Part shown: positions 29,218 to 38,547 of the stretch, one piece after another
Layout of the letters: every line of letters begins with the position of its first letter
Numbering within the stretch: the first letter of the stretch is position 1
DNA from: a bacterium
Lineage (GTDB): Bacteria; RBG-13-61-14; DATKZS01
Reading direction: 5' to 3'
NCBI GenBank assembly: GCA_963674965.2
Contig: CAXXFL010000007.1
Location: 768,001 to 832,000, forward strand
DNA: 64,000 nt
Notes under the pieces: generated by a model
Databases searched by the model: none
Told to the model about the DNA's origin: nothing
Seen by the model: only the letters and a program-made list of their open reading frames with translations
Program-made: the position numbers and the translations under genes

Positions 29218-29429
29218 GCAAGGATGAAACCTTTTTTGATCGCAGGGTGATCGAGAGAAATCTCACGGAGGGAGTAGTCTCAAGAGGCGAGTATGACAAA
29301 TACCTGAAATCCCTGAAGGACGTTGAAGAAAGGGCGGAATACGTTTCCATCGAGACCGTCGCCCCTAAGTCCTACCTCGCCTCGATCGGGGTCTCGGCCA
29401 AGAGCGAGGCCGAACCCGGCAAAGAATAG
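29214..29429 (+). CDS. Small hypothetical protein
   Basis: Overlaps the upstream stop, GGAGA Shine-Dalgarno; FDRRVIERNL..G.V...EY.KYL..L.D looks like a real helical protein. Confidence 0.7.
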   Translation: MSKDETFFDRRVIERNLTEGVVSRGEYDKYLKSLKDVEERAEYVSIETVAPKSYLASIGVSAKSEAEPGKE

Positions 29430-29448
29430 AAACCGGGGGCCTTTAATT

Positions 29449-29577
29449 ATGAGCGGCGGGAAAAACGGACGAAAGTCCGACTTGAGGACCCGGCTTGTTC
29501 TCTGGGCCATACTGCTTTACTCGATCGGGCTCGCGGCCATGATCGCCGAGGACCTGTTGAGTCACACTTTTTTCTAA
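29449..29577 (+). CDS. Putative 42-aa single-TM peptide
   Basis: MSGGKNGRKSDLRTRLVLWAILLYSIGLAAMIAEDLLSHTFF: basic N-terminus followed by a hydrophobic helix. Confidence 0.4.
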   Translation: MSGGKNGRKSDLRTRLVLWAILLYSIGLAAMIAEDLLSHTFF

Positions 29578-29624
29578 ACCATGGCCATGACGGGTAAACC
29601 CCGCGCTTTCAAGGGAGCGCGCTG

Positions 29625-29720
29625 ATGGGAATCGGATCGGTCCTTTGGATCACGATCCCTCCCCTGGCGTTTATCGGCGCGTCCATATACCTTTATCTTA
29701 GAAACGGCGGGGAGGACTGA
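29625..29720 (+). CDS. Putative 31-aa membrane peptide preceding the symporter
   Basis: MGIGSVLWITIPPLAFIGASIYLYLRNGGED; GGGAG upstream; stops 4 nt before the symporter start. Confidence 0.5.
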   Translation: MGIGSVLWITIPPLAFIGASIYLYLRNGGED

Positions 29721-29724
29721 ACCC

Positions 29725-31287
29725 TTGCAAGGAGTCGCTCCCGATTATGAACTGTACCTTTCCTTCGGCCTCTATCTCATAATACTCGTGGCCATCGGCC
29801 TCATGGGTTTCAAGGTTTCACACACCTTCTCCGATTACATTCTCGGCGGCAGGAAGCTGGGAGCTTGGGTGACGGCCATCAGCGCCCAGGCCTCGGACAT
29901 GAGCGGGTGGCTCCTCATGGGCCTGCCGGGCAAGGTCGTCTCGAGCGGGGTGTCCGCCGTCTGGATTTCCATCGGTCTCGCGGGTGGGACCATGTTCAAC
30001 TGGACCCATATCGCTCGAAGGCTGAGAAGATACTCCGAAATCCTCGGCGCCCTGACCATGACCGACTTCTTCGCCGGAAGGTTCATGGGAGAGGCCCAAA
30101 AGCCCATCCGCCTGACATGCCTCTTTATCATCGTCGTCTTCTACGTGATTTATATCTCCGCCCAGTTCGTGGCCGCGGGCACGGCCGTCAACAGGACCTT
30201 CGGGCTGACCTACCACGAAGCCCTGCTCGTCTCCGCCACCGTGATCGTCTTCTATACCATGATGGGAGGGTTCCTGGCCGTCGCCTGGACCGACCTGTTC
30301 CAGGGAATGATCATGGTCGCCGTCGTGGTCGTCCTGCCCATAGTCGGCGTCATCAGCCTGGGCGGCGTTGCGCCGGTAATCACGGCCATGGCCGAGAGGG
30401 GACCCGAGATGCTCCAGGTTTCGGCCGGGAAAAGCGGATGGCCCCTGCTCGGCGCCCTGGTCATCGGCGGGCTGGCCTGGGGCCTGGGATACCCGGGCAT
30501 GCCTCATATTACGGTCCGCTACATGGCCATCGAGGACGAGAAGAAGCTGAAAAGGAGCGCCCTTATCTCCATGATATGGGTGGTGCTGGCACTGTGGGGG
30601 GCCATGGCCGTGGGGGCCGTGGGACTGGCGTCCATCGGGGAAAACATGGGAAAGCCCGAGAGCGTCCTCATCGACATGGTGGTCGGACACTTCCCCGGAT
30701 GGCTGGCCGGCGCCTGCATAGCGGCCGTCGCCGCCGCCATCATGAGCACGGTCGACTCCCAGATACTGGTACTGAGTTCGGCCTTCGTCGAGGACTTCTA
30801 CCTTAAAACCCTCGGACGAGAAGCCGACGAAAAAACCAGGATCAGAATCGGCCGCGCCGTTACCCTGCTGATCGGGGCGGCCTCCGTCTGGCTCTGCTGG
30901 GACGCGGAAAAGGGCGTCTTCGACTACGTGTCCGACGCCTGGGCCGGCCTGGCCGCGGGCTTCGGGCCCGCCCTCATTTTAAGTCTCAAGTGGAGGAGGA
31001 CCACCGGGTGGGGGGTCGCCTCCGGGATGGTCGCCGGCATCGCCGTCGCCCTTATCTGGCGGCACAACGACTACCTGGCGGGCCTGATCTACGAGCTGCC
31101 CGTCGCCTTCGCGGCCGGCCTGGCCGTCATCGTCATCGTAAGCCTTCTCTCCCCTCCGCCCGGCGAGGAGGTCCTGGTCCGCTTCGACCTGGCCGCCAAC
31201 GAGAAGATTCCCCTCCGGGACCAGGAGGGCAACCCCATTCCCCTCGATGAACTGATATCAGCGCGGCGCGTTCTGGATAATGACTGA
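29725..31287 (+). CDS. putP: Sodium/proline symporter (SSS family)
   Basis: DYILGGR, SAQASDMSGWLLMGLPG, GGFLAVAWTD, LGYPGMPH, AAIMSTVDSQ. Confidence 0.88.
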   Translation: MQGVAPDYELYLSFGLYLIILVAIGLMGFKVSHTFSDYILGGRKLGAWVTAISAQASDMSGWLLMGLPGKVVSSGVSAVWISIGLAGGTMFNWTHIARRLRRYSEILGALTMTDFFAGRFMGEAQKPIRLTCLFIIVVFYVIYISAQFVAAGTAVNRTFGLTYHEALLVSATVIVFYTMMGGFLAVAWTDLFQGMIMVAVVVVLPIVGVISLGGVAPVITAMAERGPEMLQVSAGKSGWPLLGALVIGGLAWGLGYPGMPHITVRYMAIEDEKKLKRSALISMIWVVLALWGAMAVGAVGLASIGENMGKPESVLIDMVVGHFPGWLAGACIAAVAAAIMSTVDSQILVLSSAFVEDFYLKTLGREADEKTRIRIGRAVTLLIGAASVWLCWDAEKGVFDYVSDAWAGLAAGFGPALILSLKWRRTTGWGVASGMVAGIAVALIWRHNDYLAGLIYELPVAFAAGLAVIVIVSLLSPPPGEEVLVRFDLAANEKIPLRDQEGNPIPLDELISARRVLDND

Positions 31288-31402
31288 CCGCCTCGACTTT
31301 TTCCTTCACCTTTCCGTGTAAAATTTCCCTCTTCATGATATCCTTGACGTCCCGCCGGATTCATCGGCGGCGATGGTTACCGACGAAAAGCGGGGTAGAA
31401 AA

Positions 31403-32614
31403 ATGGCCGTTGCAAAAGACAAGTTCATCGTGAAGGGTTTCAAGCTCGGGGCCGCGGAGGCGGGGGTCCGTTACAAGGCCAGAAAGGACCTGGGACTTAT
31501 CCTGGCGGACGCGCCCTGCTCGGCCGCGGGCCTCTTTACTCTTAACAGGGTCAAAGCTCCCTCCGTGACAATGAATAAAAGGAGGCTTAAAAGCGGCCTG
31601 GCCCAGGCGGTGCTCGTCAACTCGGGCAACGCCAACGCGTGCGTGGGAAAGCGCGGCATGGACGACGCCATCGCCGCCACCGCCGCCCTGGCCGGACGCC
31701 TCGCGATCAAGCCGTCCCTGGTGCTTATGAACTCGACGGGCGTAATCGGCGAGCCCTTGCCCGGGGGAGTGATCGAGAAGGCCTTGCCCGCGCTCGTCGC
31801 GTCCGTCCGGCCGGGGGGGATCGGCGACTTCACCAGCGCCATCATGACCACCGACACGAGACCTAAAATCGCGGGCCGCTCATTCCGGATCGCCGGCAAA
31901 AAGGTTACACTCGCCGCCGCGGCCAAGGGAGCGGGGATGATCATGCCCAACATGGCCACCATGCTCGCCTACGTCCTGACCGACGCCGAGGTCGATCCGC
32001 CCTCCCTGCGCGAGGCCCTGGCCGCGGCTGCCGAGGACTCCTTCAACGCCATGACCATCGACGGGGACACCTCGACCAGCGACTCCCTTATAGTCATGGC
32101 CGGCGGCGCGTCGGGAGCGAGGGCCTCCTCGGGAAAGGGCGCGGCCATGTTCAGGGAGGCCCTGAAGGATATTTGCCTCGAGCTGGCCAGGGAGATCGCC
32201 GCCGACGGGGAGGGCGCCACCAAGTGGTTCGCCGTCACCGTGAAGGGGGCCAAGTCCAAGGCCATGGCCGACAAGGTGGCCCGGCGAGTGGCCAACTCTC
32301 CCCTCGTAAAGACGGCCTTTCACGCCGGCGACCCCAACTGGGGCCGGGTCATGATGGCCGTTGGAAGCGCCGGCGCGCCCATCAAAGCGGACGCGGTAAA
32401 CCTGTGGTTCATAAGCTCGGGCGGATCGCGGGCCGAGGTGGTTGAAAACGGGGCGCTCGCCGGGGCCTACTCCGAGGCCAAGGCGGCTAAAATACTCTCG
32501 GGCTCGGGGTTCACCGCGCTCTTGGACCTTGGCCTGGGCAATTCCGAACGCACGATCTACACCTGCGACTTCTCGGCGGACTACGTCAGGATCAACGCGG
32601 ATTACCGAAGCTGA
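31403..32614 (+). CDS. argJ: Glutamate N-acetyltransferase / ornithine acetyltransferase
   Basis: NSGNANA, STGVIG, IMTTDT, KGAGMIMPNMATML, DGEGATK, DPNWGR, YVRINADYRS. Confidence 0.96.
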   Translation: MAVAKDKFIVKGFKLGAAEAGVRYKARKDLGLILADAPCSAAGLFTLNRVKAPSVTMNKRRLKSGLAQAVLVNSGNANACVGKRGMDDAIAATAALAGRLAIKPSLVLMNSTGVIGEPLPGGVIEKALPALVASVRPGGIGDFTSAIMTTDTRPKIAGRSFRIAGKKVTLAAAAKGAGMIMPNMATMLAYVLTDAEVDPPSLREALAAAAEDSFNAMTIDGDTSTSDSLIVMAGGASGARASSGKGAAMFREALKDICLELAREIAADGEGATKWFAVTVKGAKSKAMADKVARRVANSPLVKTAFHAGDPNWGRVMMAVGSAGAPIKADAVNLWFISSGGSRAEVVENGALAGAYSEAKAAKILSGSGFTALLDLGLGNSERTIYTCDFSADYVRINADYRS

Positions 32615-32618
32615 GCGG

Positions 32619-33932
32619 TCAGGAGTCCCAGGCTATAAAGCTGGCTCCCGCGTGGGGCAGGACCACCACCTCCGCGCTCGGCATAATCTCGGCCGCTCGA
32701 TCGAGCAGGGGACCCGCCTGATCGAAAAACTCGATTCCCATGCCGGCCAGGGCCGGGGCCATCTTGCCCGAGGAGTTGAGCATAAGGATCGCCCTGAAGT
32801 CTCGGAGCATGGTCACCAGGCTTAGCGTGCCGTGGGCCTGGTCGGGTGAAGGATTGACCCGAAGCGCCACGGGCTCGAGCAGGCCCATGGGAATTTTCTT
32901 CACCACTTTTTTGGCGCCGGATGGAAGCGACTTGGGAAGCCGAAGATCTCCCAGGCCCTCGGGCGTGGCCGAAACGGATATGAGCAACCCGCCCTTCTTA
33001 AGCGCCGCCGCCGCGTTAAACAGGCTCTTCATGGTCACGCGAAGATCGACGTCCAACGGGCTGGCCCCCGCGATCACGACGTCAGCCGGGCCGCGATCGA
33101 GCCTTACCTCGGTCATCTTCACGTAGGCCGCGCGTCCCGCGTCGTGGGCCTTTCGAGGATGCCCCGCCACGATGGCCTCGACCGCGTCGCCCAGGGTCAC
33201 CGCGTTCAGGATGAAGGTCTTGGGACCGAGAAGCTCCCCGCACTCGTCCAGGGTCCGGCGGAAAACGCATGACTCCCAGGGCATGCCGCCGTTGGAAACG
33301 CGGGTCGGACGCTGGAATTTCCGGTTGTGGGTCGCCAGGATCGCCTCGAAGCCGGCCACTCCGGGCATGACGTTTTTATAGCCGCCGCCGACGCCGGCCA
33401 TTTCATGGCTCTCGATGCATCCGATCAAGACCACCACCTCCGCCTCAGCCGCGGCCCGGTTGACCGAGAAGGGTATCCCCCGAGTCGGGGTCCTGCCCAT
33501 GAACTGAAGACGCGACTTGTCATGACAGTCGTGGTTTATATATTTAAAGCGGCGGAAGGCCTCCGTCCCCACCCTCTCCTCTATCTCCTCGTCCGTCATG
33601 GGACGGTGGGTACCCAGGGCCATTAATAATTTTATCTTGTCGTCCGGTACGCCGGCGGCCTCGAGTTCCCGAATTACGCGGGGCATCATCCTCGCGACGG
33701 GGGTGGGACGGGTCCGGTCGTCGACCACGATCGCCGCCGAGGCCTTGCCCCTGGCGAACTCGGACAAGGGAGGAAGTCCGATGGGCTTGTCCATCGCCTC
33801 ATCGACTTGGGACTCGACCGGCAAAGGGCTCTCAGGGACCCTCGGCTCCAGGACCTCACGCAGGTCCCAGCCCGAGGGAAGATCGAAATCGACCGACCCT
33901 TCCTTTCCCCATGGGATCGATACCCTGGTCAT
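32619..33932 (-). CDS. Nickel-pincer-dependent lactate racemase (LarA) family protein
   Basis: VDDRTRPTP, ALGTHR, NHD, SHEMAGVGGGYKNVMPGVAG, PEGLG. Confidence 0.85.
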   Translation of the reverse strand: MTRVSIPWGKEGSVDFDLPSGWDLREVLEPRVPESPLPVESQVDEAMDKPIGLPPLSEFARGKASAAIVVDDRTRPTPVARMMPRVIRELEAAGVPDDKIKLLMALGTHRPMTDEEIEERVGTEAFRRFKYINHDCHDKSRLQFMGRTPTRGIPFSVNRAAAEAEVVVLIGCIESHEMAGVGGGYKNVMPGVAGFEAILATHNRKFQRPTRVSNGGMPWESCVFRRTLDECGELLGPKTFILNAVTLGDAVEAIVAGHPRKAHDAGRAAYVKMTEVRLDRGPADVVIAGASPLDVDLRVTMKSLFNAAAALKKGGLLISVSATPEGLGDLRLPKSLPSGAKKVVKKIPMGLLEPVALRVNPSPDQAHGTLSLVTMLRDFRAILMLNSSGKMAPALAGMGIEFFDQAGPLLDRAAEIMPSAEVVVLPHAGASFIAWDS

Positions 33933-34059
33933 AACATCTCCTTGTTTATTACGGTTCTCTCCATGAAAGTCATTACCTTTTTACCATCGCCAAATGAAAG
34001 GCGCAATTATCCGCCCATGGCGGCCCTATATTAAATGAAAATAAAGTAATGGACGGGTC

Positions 34060-34422
34060 CTAGTCATTGGCTGGAGGGGGAGTTCCCCGGTCGATAATAC
34101 CGCCGATCACCTCCAGGGCCTCGTCGGAAATATCGACAAACTCGATGCCTATGCCCTCGGGATGGCCGTCGATAAAACGGACGTGGCGGACGGCCCCGTT
34201 AATGAACACCGAGCGGGCCGGCGATAAAGGTATCTCGATGACCACCTTGTCGCCCTTCTTTCGAGTCCGGTCCACGCGGATGAACATGCCTCCCCTGCTC
34301 AAGTTGAGCACCGAGGCCTGAATCATCTTCTCGATATGCTCGACGCTCCGAAACTTGATCTGGAGCGCGACCTCAATGCGAAGGTGGCGGCGCGGGGGCC
34401 AGTATTTTCCGTTTTGACTCAT
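34060..34422 (-). CDS. Stand-alone PilZ domain protein
   Basis: RRHLR (RxxxR), NLSRGGMFI and GIGIEF. Confidence 0.85.
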   Translation of the reverse strand: MSQNGKYWPPRRHLRIEVALQIKFRSVEHIEKMIQASVLNLSRGGMFIRVDRTRKKGDKVVIEIPLSPARSVFINGAVRHVRFIDGHPEGIGIEFVDISDEALEVIGGIIDRGTPPPAND

Positions 34423-34741
34423 GTTACTCAAAGGCGAAGTGACGACGATTATCCGCGTCCGAGAACGAGACAAGTCATATGACTATAACACGCCTCGGAG
34501 AAAGGAGTGAAGTTTTTTGTCACGCCAATAGTAAATCTTTGGACCCTCCTCCTAGCCAATATGCGGAGTCTTGGGATGGAAACGCCATAATGATATACTT
34601 TTTTGAACCTTATTGCGAGACAATCTCGTCTAACCGTAAGACAAACCCCAAGTCCAAGCGGCCGGCCTCGACGGATCGGCGGCGGAGAGGAAGATATTTA
34701 AACGCGGCCAGTTAAGCCGCTCAGCTTCAAAGCCTGAAACC

Positions 34742-36082
34742 ATGAGCGCTATGATTTCATTTATTAATAAAGGCCTCCTTGCTCTCGCCTTACTGACTTT
34801 ATTGACCATCTCCGCCTGCTTGGACAAGGAACCCGATCCCAAGAACATATTTGACGCCGTAATCGATCGGGACTACGAGTTGGCCGAGTCGATATTGGAC
34901 TTGAACCCCGAGGCCGTGAACCAAGTGGTAACCAGTTCAGGGCATACTCCCATTTATTACGCGGCCGCAAACGCCGACCTCAAGATGATCGACCTGCTCC
35001 TCTCCAGGGGCGCCGAGCTAAAAGGAGACTTTCAAACTCCCGTTCACGGGGCGGCCTCGTCCGGCGACCTGGAGGTCATCCTGTACCTGCACGAAAAAGG
35101 AGCTGACCTGGAGGATGAGTATTGGAGCCCATATTTTACCTCGGTCGAGAAAAAAAATATCGATCTTTGCGAGCTTTGCATTGAACTCGGTCTTGATCCG
35201 GATAAAAAAGACAACCGGGGAAAAACCGCCTTGCACGAGGCGGCCTCGTTACGGAAAAATCAAGCCATGATTGATTGCCTTTTGCGAGGAGGGGCTGACC
35301 TGGAAGCAAGAGACAACGGTGGAAGCACTCCTCTTTTTTACGCGTGCGCGGTAAAGGATGCTTTTATCGCCCGGCGCCTGATACTGGCGGGGGCCAACGT
35401 AAACGTCGTCAACGACATGGGAGATACGCCTCTTCACGTCGCGGCCGGGTCTGGACAGCGAAATACTCTCATCTTTCTTCTGGTTTCCGGAGCCGATCCC
35501 AACGCGGTAAATAATCAAGGTTGCACGCCTCTTAACGAGGCCTTGATGAGAGGACGAAAACCAGAGATATCGGAATTACTTTTAAAACACGGCGCCAAAC
35601 CAGACGCCTTCGCCCTGGTGATGCTTCAAAGAAAAGAAGAACTTAAAAGAATGCTTGATGACAACCCGGGGTTATCCAACGCGGAACTGAATGATAGGCC
35701 AATAATGTATTTCGCGATCGTCTCCAGAAACGAGGATATTATTAATCTACTTTTCGACCACGGCGCCGACCCGAACTATACTTTCAGTAAAAACGGGGAG
35801 GGCCTTGTCCATGTCTCGATGCGCCACTATAGCCCCAGACCCTTGATCGAGCGTGGAGCGCCGATCGATAAAAAAGACTATAAAGGCCGTACCCCGCTTC
35901 ACTTTGCCGCTCGAAATGGTTATTTGTATGGGGTTAAAACCCTGCTCGAATGCGGAGCCGACGTCAACGCCAGAGATATTTACGGTAGAACTCCGCTTTA
36001 CTACTCGATGGACAATAACACATCATGGGCTTCAAGCGGTGAGATCGCCGTACTTTTAAAAAAGCATGGCGGGACCGAATAA
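34742..36082 (+). CDS. Ankyrin-repeat lipoprotein
   Basis: Lipobox ISAC; about ten G.TPLH.A...LL..GAD.N repeats. Confidence 0.9.
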   Translation: MSAMISFINKGLLALALLTLLTISACLDKEPDPKNIFDAVIDRDYELAESILDLNPEAVNQVVTSSGHTPIYYAAANADLKMIDLLLSRGAELKGDFQTPVHGAASSGDLEVILYLHEKGADLEDEYWSPYFTSVEKKNIDLCELCIELGLDPDKKDNRGKTALHEAASLRKNQAMIDCLLRGGADLEARDNGGSTPLFYACAVKDAFIARRLILAGANVNVVNDMGDTPLHVAAGSGQRNTLIFLLVSGADPNAVNNQGCTPLNEALMRGRKPEISELLLKHGAKPDAFALVMLQRKEELKRMLDDNPGLSNAELNDRPIMYFAIVSRNEDIINLLFDHGADPNYTFSKNGEGLVHVSMRHYSPRPLIERGAPIDKKDYKGRTPLHFAARNGYLYGVKTLLECGADVNARDIYGRTPLYYSMDNNTSWASSGEIAVLLKKHGGTE

Positions 36083-36274
36083 TCCCATCGCGGTTTTTTA
36101 GCTTCCCGCGAAAAACGATCCGATCCCAGATCGGCGCTCTTTGGAGCTTTGAACGTCAATAACCCGTTAGCGCTCCCGAGAAAATTCGAAGCCGGGTGGC
36201 ATAGTCTATAGAAATATGCTTTTTTATGAGTAATAGAACCTTGGCCTCGCGCCCTCGTTCAATTTATTGGGACG

Positions 36275-37666
36275 GTGAAATTGAGAAAACACGGACCAAA
36301 CATCACGGCTATATACTTTGCTTTTTTTACGGCCCTCATGCTTTTGGCCGGCGGTTGCGGCCATGAGATTCATCACGAGGCCCGGTCCGGCAACCTGAAA
36401 AAGGTGAGGGCCCTGGTCGAGAAGGACCCGACCCTGGTCCACGCCCGGGACATGCTGGGGGCCACGCCCCTCCACAAGGCCGCGGCCAAGGGACACCTGG
36501 AGGTGGCCGAGTTCCTGGTGGAGAACGGGGCCGACGTCAACGCCAGGAACCTTAACTGGACCACCTCCCTGCACCGGGCCTCGGTCAAGGGGCGCGAAGA
36601 GGTCGTAAAATACCTGATCGAAAAAGGCGCCGACATTAACGCCAAGACCAGGCAGGGAAACGCTCCCCTGCACCTGGCGGCCCAGAAGGGGGAGGACGAC
36701 GTCGCCGAACTATTGCTCGAGGCGGGGGCCGAGGTCGATATTGAAGACAACCTGGGCCGGACCCCGCTGTCGGAGGCCGCCGAGCGCGACCGCCGCAAGA
36801 TCATGTCCATGCTGATCGAGAAGGGCGCCAAGGTGAACTCGAGCGACGACAAGGGCCTTACGCCCCTTCATCACGCGTCTCAAAACGGAAAATACAAGGC
36901 CGCCAGGCTGCTGATAGAAAAGGGAGCGGCGATCGACGCCGCCGACCAATGCTCGATGACTCCCCTCCGCCTGGCGGCCGTGAGCGGGGAGAAGAAAACC
37001 GCCGACCTCCTGCTCGATCACGGCGCCAGGCCCGACGCCTACGCCTTCGCGGCCCTGGGAGACGTCCGCGCCCTCGGGAAAGCGCTTGACGAGGACCCGG
37101 GTCTGGTGGGGAAAAAGCTCGATTGCCACGAAAACGAGCTTATCCATCTCGCGGCCATGAGGGGAAAAGTGAACGCCGCCGAGGAACTTCTTAAAAGAGG
37201 GGCCAACGTGAACGCGACCCGCGAGCGCGAGGAGACGCCCCTCCACCTCGCGGTCCAGTCGAACTCGATCGAGATGACCGGATTTCTGCTGGAAAAGGGC
37301 GCCGACGTGGAGGCTAAATCCAGCTACGGCTCCCCCCTTTGCATAGCCGCCGACCGAAACGATCCGGAGATAGCCGGGCTCCTTATTAAATCGGGGGCCG
37401 ACGTTAACGCCGATTGCTCCGGTGGAAGAAGCCCTCTTCACCAGGCGGTAATCTCGGGGAGGACCCCGACGGTCCGGTTGCTCATCCAAAAGGGAGGCAA
37501 GGTGAACGCGATCGACGACGAGGGGTGGACCCCGCTGAAATGGGCTATATTCTATAATAACGACGAGAAGGCGCAAATACTGAGACAAAACGGGGCCGCC
37601 GAGCCTTCCGGCCCCATGGTAACGGCTCCTCTTGGCCAGGACACGGTGGAGGAGGAAGACGAGTGA
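36275..37666 (+). CDS. Ankyrin-repeat lipoprotein
   Basis: Lipobox AGGC; about eleven to twelve ankyrin repeats. Confidence 0.92.
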   Translation: MKLRKHGPNITAIYFAFFTALMLLAGGCGHEIHHEARSGNLKKVRALVEKDPTLVHARDMLGATPLHKAAAKGHLEVAEFLVENGADVNARNLNWTTSLHRASVKGREEVVKYLIEKGADINAKTRQGNAPLHLAAQKGEDDVAELLLEAGAEVDIEDNLGRTPLSEAAERDRRKIMSMLIEKGAKVNSSDDKGLTPLHHASQNGKYKAARLLIEKGAAIDAADQCSMTPLRLAAVSGEKKTADLLLDHGARPDAYAFAALGDVRALGKALDEDPGLVGKKLDCHENELIHLAAMRGKVNAAEELLKRGANVNATREREETPLHLAVQSNSIEMTGFLLEKGADVEAKSSYGSPLCIAADRNDPEIAGLLIKSGADVNADCSGGRSPLHQAVISGRTPTVRLLIQKGGKVNAIDDEGWTPLKWAIFYNNDEKAQILRQNGAAEPSGPMVTAPLGQDTVEEEDE

Positions 37667-37708
37667 GACGGTCCCCATTGTGGGTCGGTCTTGCAAGGAG
37701 AGGGTGAT

Positions 37709-38362
37709 ATGAAAACTTTAAAGACGATTATCGCGGTTTCTCTTATAACGGTCTTTGTCGCCTTTTCGGCCCAGGCCGGACAGATTCACTGGGCGGCCAA
37801 AGCGGGAAACCTGGACAAGATCGAGAAGATTCTCATAAAACATCCGGACGCCATCGACTCGAAAGGGTTCAAGGGGTTTACGCCACTCCACCTGGCCATT
37901 AAGTTCAACCACAAGGAGGTCGTTAAAGCCCTGCTGGAAAAAGGCGCCAACGTCAACGCCAAGGACGGCAGGTTCGGCAGCACGCCCCTGCACGTGGTGG
38001 CGGTGACGGGAAACGACGCCATCGCCAGGCTTCTGGTGGAAAAGGGAGCGGACTTGAACGTGGAGGCCGCTTATGGAATGACGCCCCTTTTCATGGCCGC
38101 CTTCGAGCAGAACACGACGGTGGCGAGGCTTTTCCTCAAGAACGGGGCCGAGGTCAACGCCAAGGACGCCCAGGGATGGACGGCCCTTCACGTGGCGGCC
38201 TTTTTCGGCAATGAAAACATGGCCAAGCTGCTTATCGATTATGGAGCGGACGTGAACGCCATGGACAAGGAAGGCACGACGCCCATGCAGTTGGCCAAGA
38301 AGAAGAAACACCTGGAAGTGATCGAGCTCCTGCGGAACAAGGGGGCCGGCGAAATCATTTAA
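37709..38362 (+). CDS. Secreted ankyrin-repeat protein
   Basis: Sec signal ending AQA; five to six ankyrin repeats. Confidence 0.92.
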   Translation: MKTLKTIIAVSLITVFVAFSAQAGQIHWAAKAGNLDKIEKILIKHPDAIDSKGFKGFTPLHLAIKFNHKEVVKALLEKGANVNAKDGRFGSTPLHVVAVTGNDAIARLLVEKGADLNVEAAYGMTPLFMAAFEQNTTVARLFLKNGAEVNAKDAQGWTALHVAAFFGNENMAKLLIDYGADVNAMDKEGTTPMQLAKKKKHLEVIELLRNKGAGEII

Positions 38363-38547
38363 AGGCCAACTCCGCGGTCTTCCAAGCCCGCTCTTTCTTA
38401 ATCTGCTTACCATCGGGTCGCCAGGCGAAAAGAGGTCCGTACCCATGGGCCCATTCGTGTCTCTTTTCATTTGCCGCTGTCCATTTCGGATTATTTGGGT
38501 TATAACATAGGTATTGCCTCACGTACCCGTTGGAAAGGAGTAATCCG

